From assembly GCA_951406725.2 (NCBI GenBank), contig OX597833.1, positions 29,078,001 to 29,142,000 of the forward strand: a DNA stretch of 64,000 nucleotides, read 5' to 3'. The notes below the pieces were generated by a model. It was not told the origin of the DNA, did not search any database, and worked only from the letters and a program-made list of their open reading frames with translations. The stretch is from Octopus vulgaris (lineage: Eukaryota). Positions 32,540 to 49,349 of the stretch are shown one piece after another (the stretch's first letter is position 1; the number at the start of each line of letters is the position of its first letter). Position numbers and translations under genes: made by a program.

Positions 32540-33860
32540 ATTTTCCTGAAGATACCAGGCTCCTGTCTTTGCTCAGTTTACCTTGGGGCACCTCGATTCT
32601 TTGTTAGCTTTCCATGCCTGAAATTTACTCTCTAATTCCCCTTTTGATTTAGCTAGGCGTTCCCATTAACATCCAGTTTAAAATTATATGATGGTCTGTA
32701 GGAATTATGATGAATTGGAGAGGACTGAGAACTAAACTTTGGTGAACTACTACCTTCAGGTTAAATTTGTCATTGAAAACGTTGTTGACTCTCACAATAC
32801 TTACTTTATCTTTGTACATGACTTGTACATTCCTCACAAACCATTCGTCTACATTTAGTTTCCATGGTGATCACCAAAGTACTGAATGAGGTTCTTCTCA
32901 AACACCATCTTCAAGTCAACAAAATTCAGAAATAACATTTTATTGTTAGCCAAGTATTTATCTTTGCTTGAAAAATTGCTTATGTAGTGACAAAACCAAG
33001 CTGCATCTCATTTTGGTCTGTCATGGATCAGTTGTGCTATGACTCTCTCCATACCTTTCATAACCTGATGCAGTAGATCCTCTATAATTTCCTCTCTCTA
33101 AGGTATTTCCTTTGCTTTTATAGCAGTTTACAATGCTGATACTCTAACTAGTCATATGGTATGACACTTTCCTGTATAACTTGATTAACTATTCAAGTGG
33201 TGATTGCATATCCTACCTCACCAGATATTTTGAGTATCTCTATAACTATCCTTGATAAACCTGCAGCTTACCTTCTTTTCATGTCTTTAATGACTTTATC
33301 TACCAAGTTATTGTCAACTTGAATTGCTGGTCTGTCTGTTGGAGCCAGCATGAAGTAGTCCCTCTTTATCATGGGATAAAGAGGGACTACTTCATGCTGG
33401 CACACTCTACATTCAGCAGCCTTTCATAATAGCAATTCCACACCACTTTCTTGTTTTATATATCATAACACATATCATTCCAAATACACTTCTTGCCAGT
33501 AAAATCTCACATACAGTGTCATGATTTTGAACACTTCATGCTTCTGATCCTTTGTTGTAGGATATGTGCTAATCTCTCCCTTTGATCCTCATCCTTAGCC
33601 AAATATACCCATCACCTAGCTGCTCTTCTAGCTATTTGATAATGCTTCCTACAACCATCTTCCTTTCAGGCTTTTGAAGCCTGTCTCTTAGCCTTTACCA
33701 CCCTTTTTAACTATGTCATTCCATGTCCATTTTACCTTTGGTTAGCTTGGAACTTTACTCCAGCTGCATGTCTCATCTGTAGCTCTAAACAAGTTATCTC
33801 ATTGAAATTCTCAGTTGTCATCTATGCTACAAGTATCTAAATCTTTCTCCCTACAGTCAT
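32540..33860 (-). mobile_element. degraded RTE-type LINE ORF2 fragment
   Basis: VRVNNVFNDKFNLKVVVHQSLVLSPLQF (GVHQGSVLSPLLF-like); homologous to 48160-48925. Confidence 0.75.
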
Positions 33861-34930
33861 ATGCATTGATTTGAATTTCTCTAAACCTATCTCAAATTGC
33901 AATATCTTTTAGTTTATATATAAATAAAAACATGTAGTTCTGCGCATGCATGTGATAGAAGTTGACTCAAAATTGTTAGAGCTGCCTTAAACAGTCAGTA
34001 AAGAACACTGTCAGAGGAAACATGACCAAGAGAAAGAAGCAGATGGTAGGTAGCAAGGTGTATGTTGTATGAATGCTAATAATAAATTCCACCACCCTCA
34101 ACACTTTACACCATTGACCATTGAAAGCAAACAATGTTGTGATGTGCATTTATTTTACATGACAGCCTATGCATCAACAAATTAGGCCATGAGTATGAAT
34201 AGACAACTAAAGTTGACACATGCAAAACTTGCCTACTGAAACATGTTCTCAAGATCTGATAATGTATATGACCATGTCTTGTTAACAAGTTGCAAAGTGA
34301 AATCTATGGTGACAGCATATAAAAAGAGACTTCAAATGATGATGATGATGACAACAATATGCAATACTTGTACATAGATAATATCTTAGTTATCTAAAGC
34401 AGAAGAAAGATATGATATCATTAGATTTTCTTATTCAATCACTTGCAAAATCACCAAAAAAAAAGAAAGTAAATATTAAGATTATTACAAATGGTTGCAG
34501 TTCAAATATTGAATTGGTTTCACCCATCAGATTTTTATTCAAAATTACCCATTCTTATTGTGCACTTGACAGAAGCGTTACAGTGCTAAACCAAAAATCT
34601 AGTGGTGTTTCATCTTGCTCTTCACTGTCTGAATACAAATCCTACTGAGTTTAACTTTGCCTTTCACCCTTTTGGGGTCAATTAAATAAAATACCAGTCA
34701 AGTACTGGGATTAATGTTATCAACTTCACACATACACACATGCATAAGGGAGAAAAGAGAGAGAGGCTGGACAGGAAATGTTTTATCTAGTAAGTAAAAC
34801 CTTGAGTATGGCTCAATCTCATCAGGCACAGTATCACATTGATTCTATATGGGAATTATATGAAGAATGAAAGCATCTGTGGAATTTTTCATTATGATAC
34901 AGTAAGCGGATAGCAAGTACTATTGATTGA

Positions 34931-35209
<279 letters not shown>

Positions 35210-36085
35210 TAGCTCTGATTAACATAATACATAGACCCCCACCTCATACTGCATGTTACTCTCCTAATTAATATACACTCTATTTCATTCTGCTTGTCAT
35301 CATCAGCATCATCATCATTGTTTAACATCTTCCTTCCATGCAGGCATGGGTTGGACAGTTTGATAGGAGCTGACTATGTAGAATACCCCAGGCTACTGTG
35401 TCTATTTTAGCAGGTTTTTACAGCTGGATGCCCTTCCAAATGCCAACCACTTTACCATGGGAACTGGATGCATTTTACATGGCACCAGCACTGGCAGGGT
35501 CACCAAGTAATTTGCAAGACAAGGAATTTTGTGAGGAGGGGACCTTGTGTAGGATGATGTAAGATTAGAGTGTGACAGAGAGGCAGAAATGGGTGTCTTG
35601 CTATAGAGGAGGGAACATTGGAAAAGGTTTATCATGTGCCATGATGAAAGTGCCAGAGTATACTCACAGGTAACAAGCATCAGAGCATAGATGAGATGGT
35701 AGAGTAAGGAAGACAGAGATAAACGGTGGCAATTGCCAGGGCATGCCCTCAAGGTACAGAGATCATAATATACATGGCCAGGTATTGCCTAGAAGGCAAG
35801 CTTAGGGAGTGGAGATTGCAGCAACTGTCCTAATTTACATTCATTCTACATCTCTCTGCTCTAGGTCTCATGCACTCCTCTTTGTGCATACTCATACAAA
35901 CAATATATATTTGTATGCACAGACAATGTGCACATACAAGCACACACGCACATACACACACACATTCAAAGATACCCAAAATATTGATTTTCTTTTGTTT
36001 ATGATTCATTAATTGTTTAATTGTAGAGATTTTCTGAGTTACTCTGGATTTCTCTCTTAGTAATTACAGTCATTACCTCAGTTGA

Positions 36086-36394
<309 letters not shown>

Positions 36395-36970
36395 TAACCT
36401 ATTCCATTGTGTACCTAGTGAGTGAGTCACCAGTTACCTAGTTACATTCCATCTTGCTCTAGACCCACATTTCCATACAGTTGTTGTTGTTTAACTTGCA
36501 TATCAGCTCCAGTTAAGCAGTACTATGATGAAAACTATTTCAGCTATGACCATCATTGCCTTTTTCTAATGGCTTTGCCTGACTCCAGACTATTAGCCAG
36601 GAAATTTGGCTGCTATTTCTAACAGTTCAAAAGACCTTATAGAGAGTGTCGTATTGGTTTTACCTGGATATACAGGTCAGATGTCCTTAACAAGTGAATG
36701 TACAGTTTTAAAAGCAATGTTCTAGTTAAAGACTGTTCAATGAGGACCCAGTGAAAGTATAACAGAATGATAACAATGAAAGTTTAAACTTGAAGTGGTT
36801 TGCTTGGATGTGTGAATAATTCTGGTTCTCTTTGTAACAACTCCCTATTTAACTTTACCAGTTCTTTTGTCCATGGTGCTTAGTCCCCTTCATGCCTATT
36901 CCAATACAATATCAGAACCTTCTGAAATATTTTGTCTTGAGTTGGTATTTTCCACACTGTGATGTCTGAT

Positions 36971-37264
36971 CAGAGTTTCTCAACCATTTTTACCTATGGA
37001 CCTCTCATAGCCATTCAATGCTTAAAAACTAATTTTGTAGATACTACTTTCAAAATTGCTAATTTGTTATTCACACATTTACTTGTATAGGTTGAACAAT
37101 GTGAAATGTAAGAGAAAGAAACCTAGCCATTTCTTGCAAAGCATACATTTAAATCAAAACTTTTCATAGACCCTTAAAATACTACTGTGGCTCCCTATTT
37201 TACTATTTTGCTAGTGTGGACCCTTCCACCAAAATCTTATATGGATCCCAGTTGAGAACCACTG
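36971..37264. mobile_element. hAT/Charlie-like MITE
   Basis: TIRs cagagtttctcaacc / gttgagaaccactg, subterminal tatggacc/tatggatcc motifs, degenerate TCTAGA-like target. Confidence 0.65.
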
Positions 37265-37612
37265 GGTTAGATAGACTTAGGCCATTTGAGAGCTAGGGAT
37301 TTTTGCAATGGACACAATATAGTTACTGGTGATAGGATATCAGCCACTAACCAAGCACCTGATTGTGCTTTTACATGGCAGCACATGGGCACTTTTATGT
37401 GGTACCGGCACAGGACTCTTGCAGGTCAGTCCTCACCACCAGGGGGATCAGTCTTAACAGTTCTGCTGCCCAACTCCTGAGCTTCACTTATAAAGTCTTT
37501 GGTTGATCTGAAGCTATCATAGAAAACACTTCTATTCACAGCCATGTCCATGTGGTTAAGAAGTTTACTTAATTGTTTAATTACATATTTGATTTTTTTT
37601 TCTTTTTTGTAG

Positions 37613-38053
<441 letters not shown>

Positions 38054-38141
38054 TGATTTTTCTCGCTTCCTCTCTTTGTCATTCTCTCTCTCTCTCTTCT
38101 GTCTCTCTTTTGTTCTTTCTTTGTTAGTTTAATCATTATGA

Positions 38142-38678
<537 letters not shown>

Positions 38679-39077
38679 TAAAAATGACTTGAAGTTTATG
38701 CTCTTCTTCATTTTTCAAATTTGCCAGCATTCCTGTCAGTTATCTCCTTGCTTTTACTACCTTCCTACTACTCTCACATCATTCAATGTTTACATTTCCA
38801 CCTGCTGTTACTTAAATACTACACTGCCAGTAGTGCCAACACAGATCCTCTCTGATCACTTTCTTCAGCTTCTGGATTTTATCCCTTTGCCTTTATTTTT
38901 CATAGATTCTTTTCTTTCCTTTCCTTGTTCTTCTTTATTTTAGTTTTCATTTCTCCCACTATTCAAATTCTATACCTTTGGTGTTTCAAGAAACATTTCC
39001 AACAAAGGGTTCTGCCCAAAACATTGAACACTACCTCTTCTTCATAACAAACCAATTTATTCCAGTTCGAAATCGCT

Positions 39078-39690
39078 TCATCATCATCATCATCATCATC
39101 GTTTAACGTCCGCTTTCCATGCTAGCATGGGTTGGACGGTTCAACTGGGGTCTGGGAAGCCCGAAGGCTGCACCAGGCCAGTCAGATGTGGCAGTGTTTC
39201 TACAGCTGGATGCCCTTCCTAACGCCAACCACTCCGAGAGTGTAGTGGGTGATTTTATGTGCCACCGACACAGGTGCCAGACGAGGCTGGCAGACGGCCA
39301 CGCTCGGATGGTGTTTTTTATGTGCCACCGACACAGGTGCCAGACGAGGCTGGCAGACGGCCACGCTCGGATGGTGTTTTTTATGTGCCACCGATACAGG
39401 TGCCAGACGAGGCTGGCAGACGGCCACGCTCGGATGGTGTTTTTTATGTGCCACCGACACAGGTGCCAGACGAGGCTGGCAGACGGCCACGCTCGGATGG
39501 TGTTTTTTATGTGCCACCGACACAGGTGCCAGACGAGGCTGGCAGACGGCCACGCTCGGATGGTGTTTTCTTATGTGTCACCGACACAGGTGCTAGACGA
39601 GGCTGGCGGACGGCCATGCTCGGATGGTGTTTGTTACGTGCCCTCAGCACGGAGGCCAGTCATTGCGGTACTGGCTACGGTCACGCTTGT
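39078..39690 (-). mobile_element. young 3' end of the RTE-type LINE family, with (GAT)n tail and internal 63-bp VNTR
   Basis: Starts with (CAT)n-cgtttaacgtccgctttccatgctagcatggg. Same tail as 21048-21425, 22240-22585, 35297-35520, 46878, 50497, 59087 and 61745-61970(+). Confidence 0.85.
39254..39640. repeat. 63-bp minisatellite, about 6 copies
   Basis: Unit ttttatgtgccaccgacacaggtgccagacgaggctggcagacggccacgctcggatggtgtt; the first five copies are almost identical. Confidence 0.97.
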
Positions 39691-40995
39691 TAATTACTAA
39701 TACAGACCATTGTTAGTTTCTTAAGACAAATAGTACTGCATTGTTTTATGCATGGCTACATGCAAATGAGCAGTAGGCTGGATCCTGTGAATTTTTTTAA
39801 CCAAAGAATCAAAAGTCACATCAGTCTTGTGAAAAACACTTATATTCTGTCATTTAGATTAATGTCCCCAACTATGGTTCTCTTATAATGTTAAGTTCAC
39901 TACTGGAAGAAATCCAGTGATCCAAAGGAGATCACCTCTATACAGCAGTTGTACTACTGAGAGAGGTTGAAATTCACTCCCTGGAGTGAAGAAAAGTCAT
40001 GCAGTAACATGTATTTATGTATCATATACAATTTTTTCCAGATTTTTAAATCTATATGTTTGGGGTGTATTTAAGTGCAACACCATATTTAATGTACATG
40101 GCTGGAAGTAAGCTATATCTATTGTCCAAGCTAAATAATGTGTAACTTGTCATTGTTTTTTCATTATAATAATAATACCTTTAAGTATGTCCATATCGGC
40201 AGTTGTATCAATCAATGTCTAATTAAATATGCAAAATTTTTCTCATAAGTTTTGATATCAAGTAATCATAATAAAATTGACATTAATAGCATTAAAACAC
40301 AGATTTTGTTTCTGAAGTAATTTGTACTGTAAATTCATACTATATATGTATGATATCTACACAGTTTATATGTCCTTCTTGATTACATTTTTAATATTGA
40401 ATTGAATATTTGAAATATGTTTTTTCACTGCCTGAAAATTTAAAATACTGTTTCAATGTACTTACTGTCCTTAAAAAATTATTGAAAAATGAAAGACAAA
40501 TTTTTTTCTCAGTGGCATGATATTAAAAGAAAAATCAGTGCATATTATACATGAAAGATTTTGTTTGTTTGTTTTTTGGAATTTCTTAGCCCATAATTTG
40601 TGCTGCACACTATATATGTATGCATATTATACAAATGTATACAGTAATTTATATCTAAATAATCTTGGAAATACTGACAGCCAATTTCCTCTGCTGTTTT
40701 ATGTATCAGATGAAGAAGGATCACAATAAGTATTGACACATTGTGCTGAAGGAAACCTATCTGTTACTCATGTGCTCTTAATACTTATTGCCTCTGTGCA
40801 ACTGCAGCATGTAAAGTCTTCCTCCTCTGTAAGCCAACCTGTAATTCAACTACACTTTTTGTGTCTATACACTGTAAATGGTCATTTCTATGATGGTAGA
40901 GTTCTGCTTTCTCTCCTAAAGTTGGGCTTTAGTCTTTGTTAAGTTTACTTCAATGCCTATCAATTCTAAGTTTTGTTCCTATATATATGTGAATA

Positions 40996-41984
40996 AAAGC
41001 TATGGACACATAAGAGGTGCAGCAATATCAGAGGAGGGTTAACAGTGAAAATAGCTTTTGTGTGTGGAAGATGCACAGGTACAATAAACATCAAAAATGT
41101 ACAGAAAATAGACTCCATCAATTGCCATGGGTACAAGCCAGAGATAGTAGACAGCTTCCGTTATCTAGGTGACCAAGTTAGTAGCGGAGTTGGATGTTCC
41201 AAGAGCATAGCTGTGAGAATATGACTAGGCTGGGTAAAGTTCAGAGAGCTCCTACCTCTTCTGGCAACATAGGGCCTCTCCCTCAGAGTGAAATGCAGAT
41301 TGTATGATGCCTGTGTACAAACAGCTATGCTACACGGCAGTGAAACAAGGGATGTGACAGCTGAGGATATGCATATGCTTGAAAGAAATGAAGCCAGTAT
41401 GCTTCACTGGATGTGCAATGTCAGTGTGCATGTTTGATAGAGTGTAAGCATCTTGAGAGAAAAGTTGGGCATAATTGGCATCACATGTAGCAAGCAAGAG
41501 AGACAACAGAGCTGGTATGGCCATGTGGTGCATATGAACAAGGACAGCTGTGTAAAGAAGTGCCAGTCTTTAACTGTGGAGGGAACCTGTAGAAGAGGTA
41601 GACTCAAGAAGGGTATTTGGCCTCACATAGACAAAGTGGCTGATGTTGGTGGCACGTGAAAAGCACCATTCAAGTGTTGGGCCTCTCAGAGGCAATGACA
41701 GACCTTTGGCATTATGTTGTGCTTGAGAAGAAGACCTATTAAGCCAAGTAAAATTGCAGTCATGGCAGATATTGGTGTCATGCAAATGGCTTCTGTGTCA
41801 TTAACATGTAAAAGCACCCATTACACTCTCAGAGTGGTTGGCATTAGGAAGGGCAACCAGCTGCAGAACCCATGCCAAATGAGACTGGAGTCTGGTGCAG
41901 CCTTCCAGCTTGCCAGCCCTGGTCAAACTGTCCAACCCATGCCAGCATGGACAAAGAATATTAAATGATTATGATGATGATGAT
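40996..41984 (+). mobile_element. 5'-truncated RTE-type LINE copy
   Basis: LWTHKRCS, FRYLGD, RLYDACVQTAMLHGSET, WYGHV; ends in a (GAT)n tail. Confidence 0.88.
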
Positions 41985-42251
41985 ATATATATATATATAT
42001 AAAGGTGGATGTTAAAATGATGGTGATGTAGACATTTATATTGCATTGTTTTCATGTTAGCACTAACCACTATGTGAAGCAAGAGGTGGAATTTCTCAGT
42101 CTAATTGGTTTTCTTTCTTTCTTTTTGCTGTTCTCCACTTGACTATGCTTTCATACACACATGCATACACAGTTTAATGTAGAATGAATCTGTATTTTTA
42201 GAATTGCTGTTGAAAGATTGTATTTAACCATCATTATTTTTATTTGCATGA

Positions 42252-43676
<1,425 letters not shown>

Positions 43677-43872
43677 TAAGCTTGTTTTATTTTTTAAATC
43701 AATAATATCACTGAACTATTTTTCATAGCTTGATATATACTTGGTAATGAGTATGTGGGTGTGAAAATATATAATATAATTAAATATATAACATAAGTTA
43801 TATGATTAATTAATAATATAGGTGTGTATGTGTTTGTGTATGTCCATATATATTATGTGTGTGTGTGTTGTG

Positions 43873-43917
<45 letters not shown>

Positions 43918-43919
<2 letters not shown>

Positions 43920-46155
43920 ATAAAACCGTAAGATAACAAAAGAAAGAAAGAGACCTCAATATTATGTAAATAGAGGAAATTTACCTATACAATTATATGT
44001 TACATTACTCGATAGTCAAGATAAAACTCTGAGTTTCAGATGCCGAAGTGGGAATCCACGACATCTCTTCGGTTATCTGGCTATTTGAAAGCGCTATGAA
44101 AAAATACCGTTATACAAAGGGAAATTACTGTTATAACTCTGCTTGCCTGCGTACTTATACATCGCTCGCATTTTTCGCCATAAAAATTATATAAAAATAC
44201 ATAAAAAATATATAAAAAATATATAATAATATATAAAATCTTCTTGGGACATAACATAGAAAGCATGTTCTATCTGTTTTCTTTAGGGGACCAAAAACGT
44301 AACAGAAATTTAGTCACTTGTGGGCATGATCCGAAAAGTTCTGTCCTTGTGTTTAGACATGTAGTAGGGTCTAAGCCATCTCTCCATGTCGCATAGACCG
44401 CACCTTCCACTGCCGTTGGTATAGGGCTTACATCTGGCCAAAATCTTCCAATGTATGTTATAATCAACACCTTTATCTCTTAAAGACCAAATATGATTAG
44501 ATAATTGTGTCGCTTTTGTTTTGTTCCAGTGCCTAAAGCTCAAAGTGTGGTTATTGAACCTGGCCTTGAAGTTACCCTCTGTAAGGCCCACGTATTTCTT
44601 CGTCGAAACGGTGTCTTTAGTGGTTATAGAGTTTACGGTAGCTTCATATATGATGGTCTTGGACATGCAAGCTCCATTTAGCAGGCACAATTCTTTATTC
44701 CTGCATGAACAGCTGTTCTTGTCGTGTTTTTTGTATGTTATGTTTGATTATGTTTTTAAAATTTGTAGTGGAACTAAAACTAATTTTTAAATTGTGTCTA
44801 TTGAAGAGTTTCCTATAAGTATGGTTAACTGGAAAATGTCTATCTATCAGTGCTAGGAAATATTTACCTATATTGAAGGCCACCTTCCTATTTCTATTAT
44901 TCCTTTTCCTTACTGTTGGGCTAGTAATGGGTGTATATTTTATTTTTTCGCTAAAACCACTATCTTTTAAAGCCTTATTATAAACTGGGGCAACGCTATT
45001 GAAGATGTCCTTATCAAAGGAGAAGCTAGAAATCCTCTTACTAATATTTTTAACTAAATTTTTGAATACTATAGGGGGATGGCATGAACCTACATTAATA
45101 TAACTTAGTCTATCATTGGGCTTCCTATAAGGCTTATAAATATTCTTAAGATCTAAGGAAACATCTAAGAAATTGACAACCGTCAGGTTAGTATCTATAG
45201 TTATACTAAGTATTTCATTAACTGGATAATATCCTTCCTAAAACGATCTTGTGCTGGTCCATTTGTATTAGCTGTTAAGGCGAGGGCATCATCTTTGTAG
45301 ATGGCGAAATGTATGTCAGGGAATGTCTTACCTAAGGTATCTAGGAGATAAAGTCCAATTAGATCGCAGATGCCTGCCCCATCATATGAACCCATGCTCA
45401 CATCGAAAGCACTCTCTGTGTCGGTGTTTTTTACCCACTTTGCGTTCTCACTGAAAAGTAAGGTCTTTCTAGCATGGAAGATTATGTCCTTATCATTTGT
45501 ACTAATTTCTATGAAGTCGCTAGCGAAGACGAGGGCTTTATCTAGCAGTTCTTTAGAGATATAGGCATAAAAATCAACAATATCGAATTGTGTAAACCTC
45601 GCTTTTTTCTTATTCTTAATGGCTTTAAACCAGTCTACGACTTCTATACTATTGGACCATTGTACTAGCCTAGTATCGGTCTTAATTTTCGCATTTATTT
45701 TATCTAAAATTTCTTTACTAATAATCCCAAGTTCTGACTTGGCTGGGTTGATAAGCCTACATTTAGGGTTGCAAAGGAAGTTTTCTTTGTGATCTTTAAT
45801 AGTAATAAAGGCCTCTTTTTGGGGGAGAGCTTCTATTTTTTTATCTAATTTAAGTTTAGCGGCGATGACGCTAGCTTCTTTATTAATTTCGTTATATGTC
45901 TGTGCCCTGGCCTTAGTGTAATTATTAATGATGCTGTTGTGTAAGAGTTGTGTGTATTTGCTGTTATCTACCAGGTATATGTTTTTAGTTTTGTCCGAAA
46001 AAAGTGCTTTTTTCTTGGAGCTTTTTATATGTTTAATATCTTTTTTCAATTTATGTTGGAAATTGTTAAAAGACTTACGAAATTTTATTTTGCTCATAAT
46101 TTTCAGCAGGTCCGCTTCGAAATCTTCCAAGCCTTTAATCCTGGGAGGGAATTTT
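43918..46155 (-). mobile_element. Penelope-like retroelement (RT, Cys-rich linker, GIY-YIG endonuclease; Neptune-like), 5'-truncated
   Basis: RT: KCRLINPAK, QFDIVDFY, MGSYDG, IYKDD. Linker: CSCRNKELCLLNGAC. Endonuclease: IIYEA...YVGLTEGNFKARFNNH...RCGLC. Flanked by (TA)n and (TG)n. Confidence 0.93.
44012..44084 (-). ncRNA. degenerate type I minimal hammerhead ribozyme-like motif in the Penelope 3' terminal region
   Basis: Minus strand AGAUAA-CCGAAGA-GAUGUCG..CGGCAUC-U-GAAA-CUC-A-GAG-UU-UUAUCU. All three stems pair; the core has U4>C and one extra base. Confidence 0.6.
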
Positions 46156-46162
46156 TGTGTGT

Positions 46163-46209
<47 letters not shown>

Positions 46210-46278
46210 TATATGTATATCCACAAATACTCTGTTGAGAACTGCACTGTCTATAAATATATATATTTCTTTTTCTAA

Positions 46279-46419
<141 letters not shown>

Positions 46420-46818
46420 TAATCATCATTTTAACATCTGTTTTTCCATTGTTGCATGGGTCTCACAGAATTTGTTGTAGATTTTCTACAGCCAGATACC
46501 CTTCCTTTCATCAACCCTCACCTGTTTCCAAGTAAAATTATATTTCCCCATGGCTAGACATGTTTTTCACAGAAGACTGGAAACAAAAAACATCATTAGC
46601 ATGGCAGTGATGCCTGCTTACAACCATCACATAATGTCAAAACAAAGGTATATATATAACATGTACAATAAGCTTCTTTCAGTTTCCATGTACCAAATCC
46701 ACTCACAAAGCTTTGGCCAGTGCAGGGCTATAGTGTAAAAACTTACCCAAGATGCCATACAATGGGACCAAATTCATAATCACATGATCAAATACATATG
46801 TGTGTGTGTGTGTGTGTG

Positions 46819-46850
<32 letters not shown>

Positions 46851-46877
46851 TGTACATATATACATATGTATATATAT

Positions 46878-48925
46878 ATCATCATCGTTTAACATCCGCT
46901 TTCCATACTGGCATGGGTTGGATGGTTTGACTGAGGATTGGCAAACCAGTAAGCTGCACCATGCTCCAATCTGATCTGGCAAGGTTTCTACAGCTAGATG
47001 CCCCTCCTAACGCCAACCATTCTGAAAGTGTAGTGGGCACAGGAGCCAGTCAGGGAGCACTGGCATTGATCATGTTCGGATGATGCTTTTTACATGCCAC
47101 CATCATGGGAGCTAGTCAGGGATCACTGGCATCAGTCATATTCAGACTGTGCTTTTTATGTGTCATTAGCACAGGGAGCCTGTCAAGCAGCACTGGCATC
47201 ACCCTACACTTGAATGGTGCTTATTATGTGCCACCAGCACAGGTGCCAGTCAGGCGGCCCTGACCATGACTACGATTTTGATTTCACTTGACTCAATAGG
47301 TCTTCTCAAGCACATCACCCAACGATTGAAGGGTACTTTTTAATGGGCTGGTTATGCAACACTGGCATCAGCCATGACTGCAATCTCACTTTATTTGCTT
47401 GGGTCTTCTCAGGCATGGCATATCTCTGAAGATCTACAAGCCCCAACGTTCAAAAGTCATGCTTCACCACCTCATCCCATGTCTTCTTGGTCTAACTCTT
47501 CCACAGGTTCCCTCCACTGTTAGGGTGTGACACTTCTTCACACAGCTCTCCTTATCCAAATGCATCACAAGACCATACCAGTGCAGTCATCTCTCTTGCA
47601 CACCACTTTTGATGCTTTTTATGTCCAACTTTTCTCTCAGGGTGCTTACACTCTGTTGTGTATGCACACTGACATTATACATCCAACGGATTGTACTAGC
47701 TTCATTTCTTTCAAGCCTATGCATGTCCTCAGCAGTCACAGCCCATGTTTCACTTTGAGTGAGAGGCCCTTTGTTACCAGTAGAAGTAAGAGCTCTCTGA
47801 ACTTTGCCCAGGCTATTCTTATTCTAGCTGCTACGCTCTCAGAGCATTTACCCCCACTACAGACTTAGTCACCTAGGTAGCGGAGGCTATCAACAACTAC
47901 TAGTTTTTTCCCCAGGCATGTGATGGAATCTGTTTTCTGTACATCTTTGCTGTTTATTGCCCCTGTGCATCTGCCACACACAAAAACTATCTTCCCAGCT
48001 AACCTTCCTTTGGTATTGCTGCACCTCTTATGTGTCCATAGCTTACACCGGGTACTTCTTATGGAATTTCTACCTATTCCTTTTCTACAGATTGAGCAGG
48101 GCTATCTACCTGAGGGGCTTGTGATTTGTTGCCTTCCTACTTACTAGGACTTTGGTTTTTGCTAGATTGACTCTAAGGCCCTTCAATTCTAAACCTTGCT
48201 TTCACACCTGAAATTTCACCTCTAGTTCTGGTAGTGACTCAGCTATTAGAGCAAAGTCATCGGCATAGAGAAGCTCCCAGGGGCAGCCTGTCTTGAATTC
48301 CTGTGTTATTGCCTGAGAACTATGATGAATAAGAGGGAGCTGAGGACTGATCCTTGGTGAAACCCTTCTTCCACCCGGAATTCTTCAGTATACTTGTTGC
48401 CAACCCTCAACCTTACTGACAGCATCTCTGTACAGGGCTTGTACAGCTCTCACCAACCACTTGTCTATCCCTAGTTTCTGCATTGACCACCAGATAAGGA
48501 ATTGGGGTACCCTGTCAAAGGCTTTCTCCAAGTAAACAAAAGCCAAGTACAGAGGTTTATCTTTGGCTAAGTATTTCTCCTGCAGTTGCTGTACCAGAAA
48601 TATAGCATCAGTGGTGCTTCTACCTGGCACAAAACCAAACTGCATCTCATCTAGGCTAACTCTCTCCCTAATTAGTTGGGCTATGACCCTTTCCGTGATT
48701 TTCATCACCGGATCCAGCAATTTAATACTTCTGTAGCTATTTCTGTCTAAAGCTTCACCTTTACTTTCGTAGCAGTTGACTATGGTGCTACTACACCAGT
48801 CATTGGGTATGACTCCTTCTTGAACTCCCTGACTTATAATATGGGTGACTTGACCATAACCCACACTGCATCTCAGCAGTGACTCCTGATGAGCTGGTGG
48901 GGCTTTCCATGTTTTCATATCTTTA
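46878..48925 (-). mobile_element. RTE-type LINE copy (RT to 3' tail), degraded
   Basis: ORF 48385-48993: YRSIKLL, QFGFVPGRSTTDAIF, LEKAFDRVP; downstream LLYADD; (CAT)n at the left end. Confidence 0.93.
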
Positions 48926-48927
48926 AT

Positions 48928-49340
48928 ATATAAAGACAAACTAAAGGACAATTTGAAGTGATGCAACATTCCCTTTTCTTCCTGGAAAAACAAAGCATCA
49001 GAACACAGAACCTGGTGCCAGTCCTGTTTCTGCTCAGTTCAAAGATTTCAGCAAAGTCACTTCAACATGAAGACCAAATTTCGTGCAAGCATGAATACAT
49101 GCTGGCAAAATGCCAGTCCTGTAAGTGAAAACTTTACCTGTCATTATGGTTTTGTGGCACAGAGCAAAGCAAGCCTTGATGTCCATTCAAGGAAACACAT
49201 TGTGAATGATCCACAAGCACTCAAGCAAACTGGATCCTCAACTTGTCCCATTTGCAAGGCAGCAAACAGGCCTCAAGAGACACATGCATGTCCATAGGAC
49301 ATAATTACCACTTTCTTTTACTGAACCCTTTTTGTCATTT
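48928..49340 (+). mobile_element. 3' fragment of a different RTE/BovB-like LINE with C-terminal zinc-finger remnants
   Basis: YKDKLKDNLK*CNIP..WKNKASEHRTW, then TCHYGFVAQSKASLDVHSRKH and TCPICK. Confidence 0.6.
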
Positions 49341-49349
49341 GCAACGAGA

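Noticed and set aside
39254-39640. CRISPR-like array or repeat-protein gene (ORFs in several frames)
   Set aside because: Units are contiguous with no unique spacers and sit in a LINE tail in a eukaryotic intron. The ORFs arise because the stop-free 63-bp unit is a multiple of 3.
49067-49297. C2H2 zinc-finger host gene fragment
   Set aside because: It directly follows an RTE ORF2 C-terminal motif (YKDKLK..LK.C.I...W) and is better explained as a LINE 3' end.
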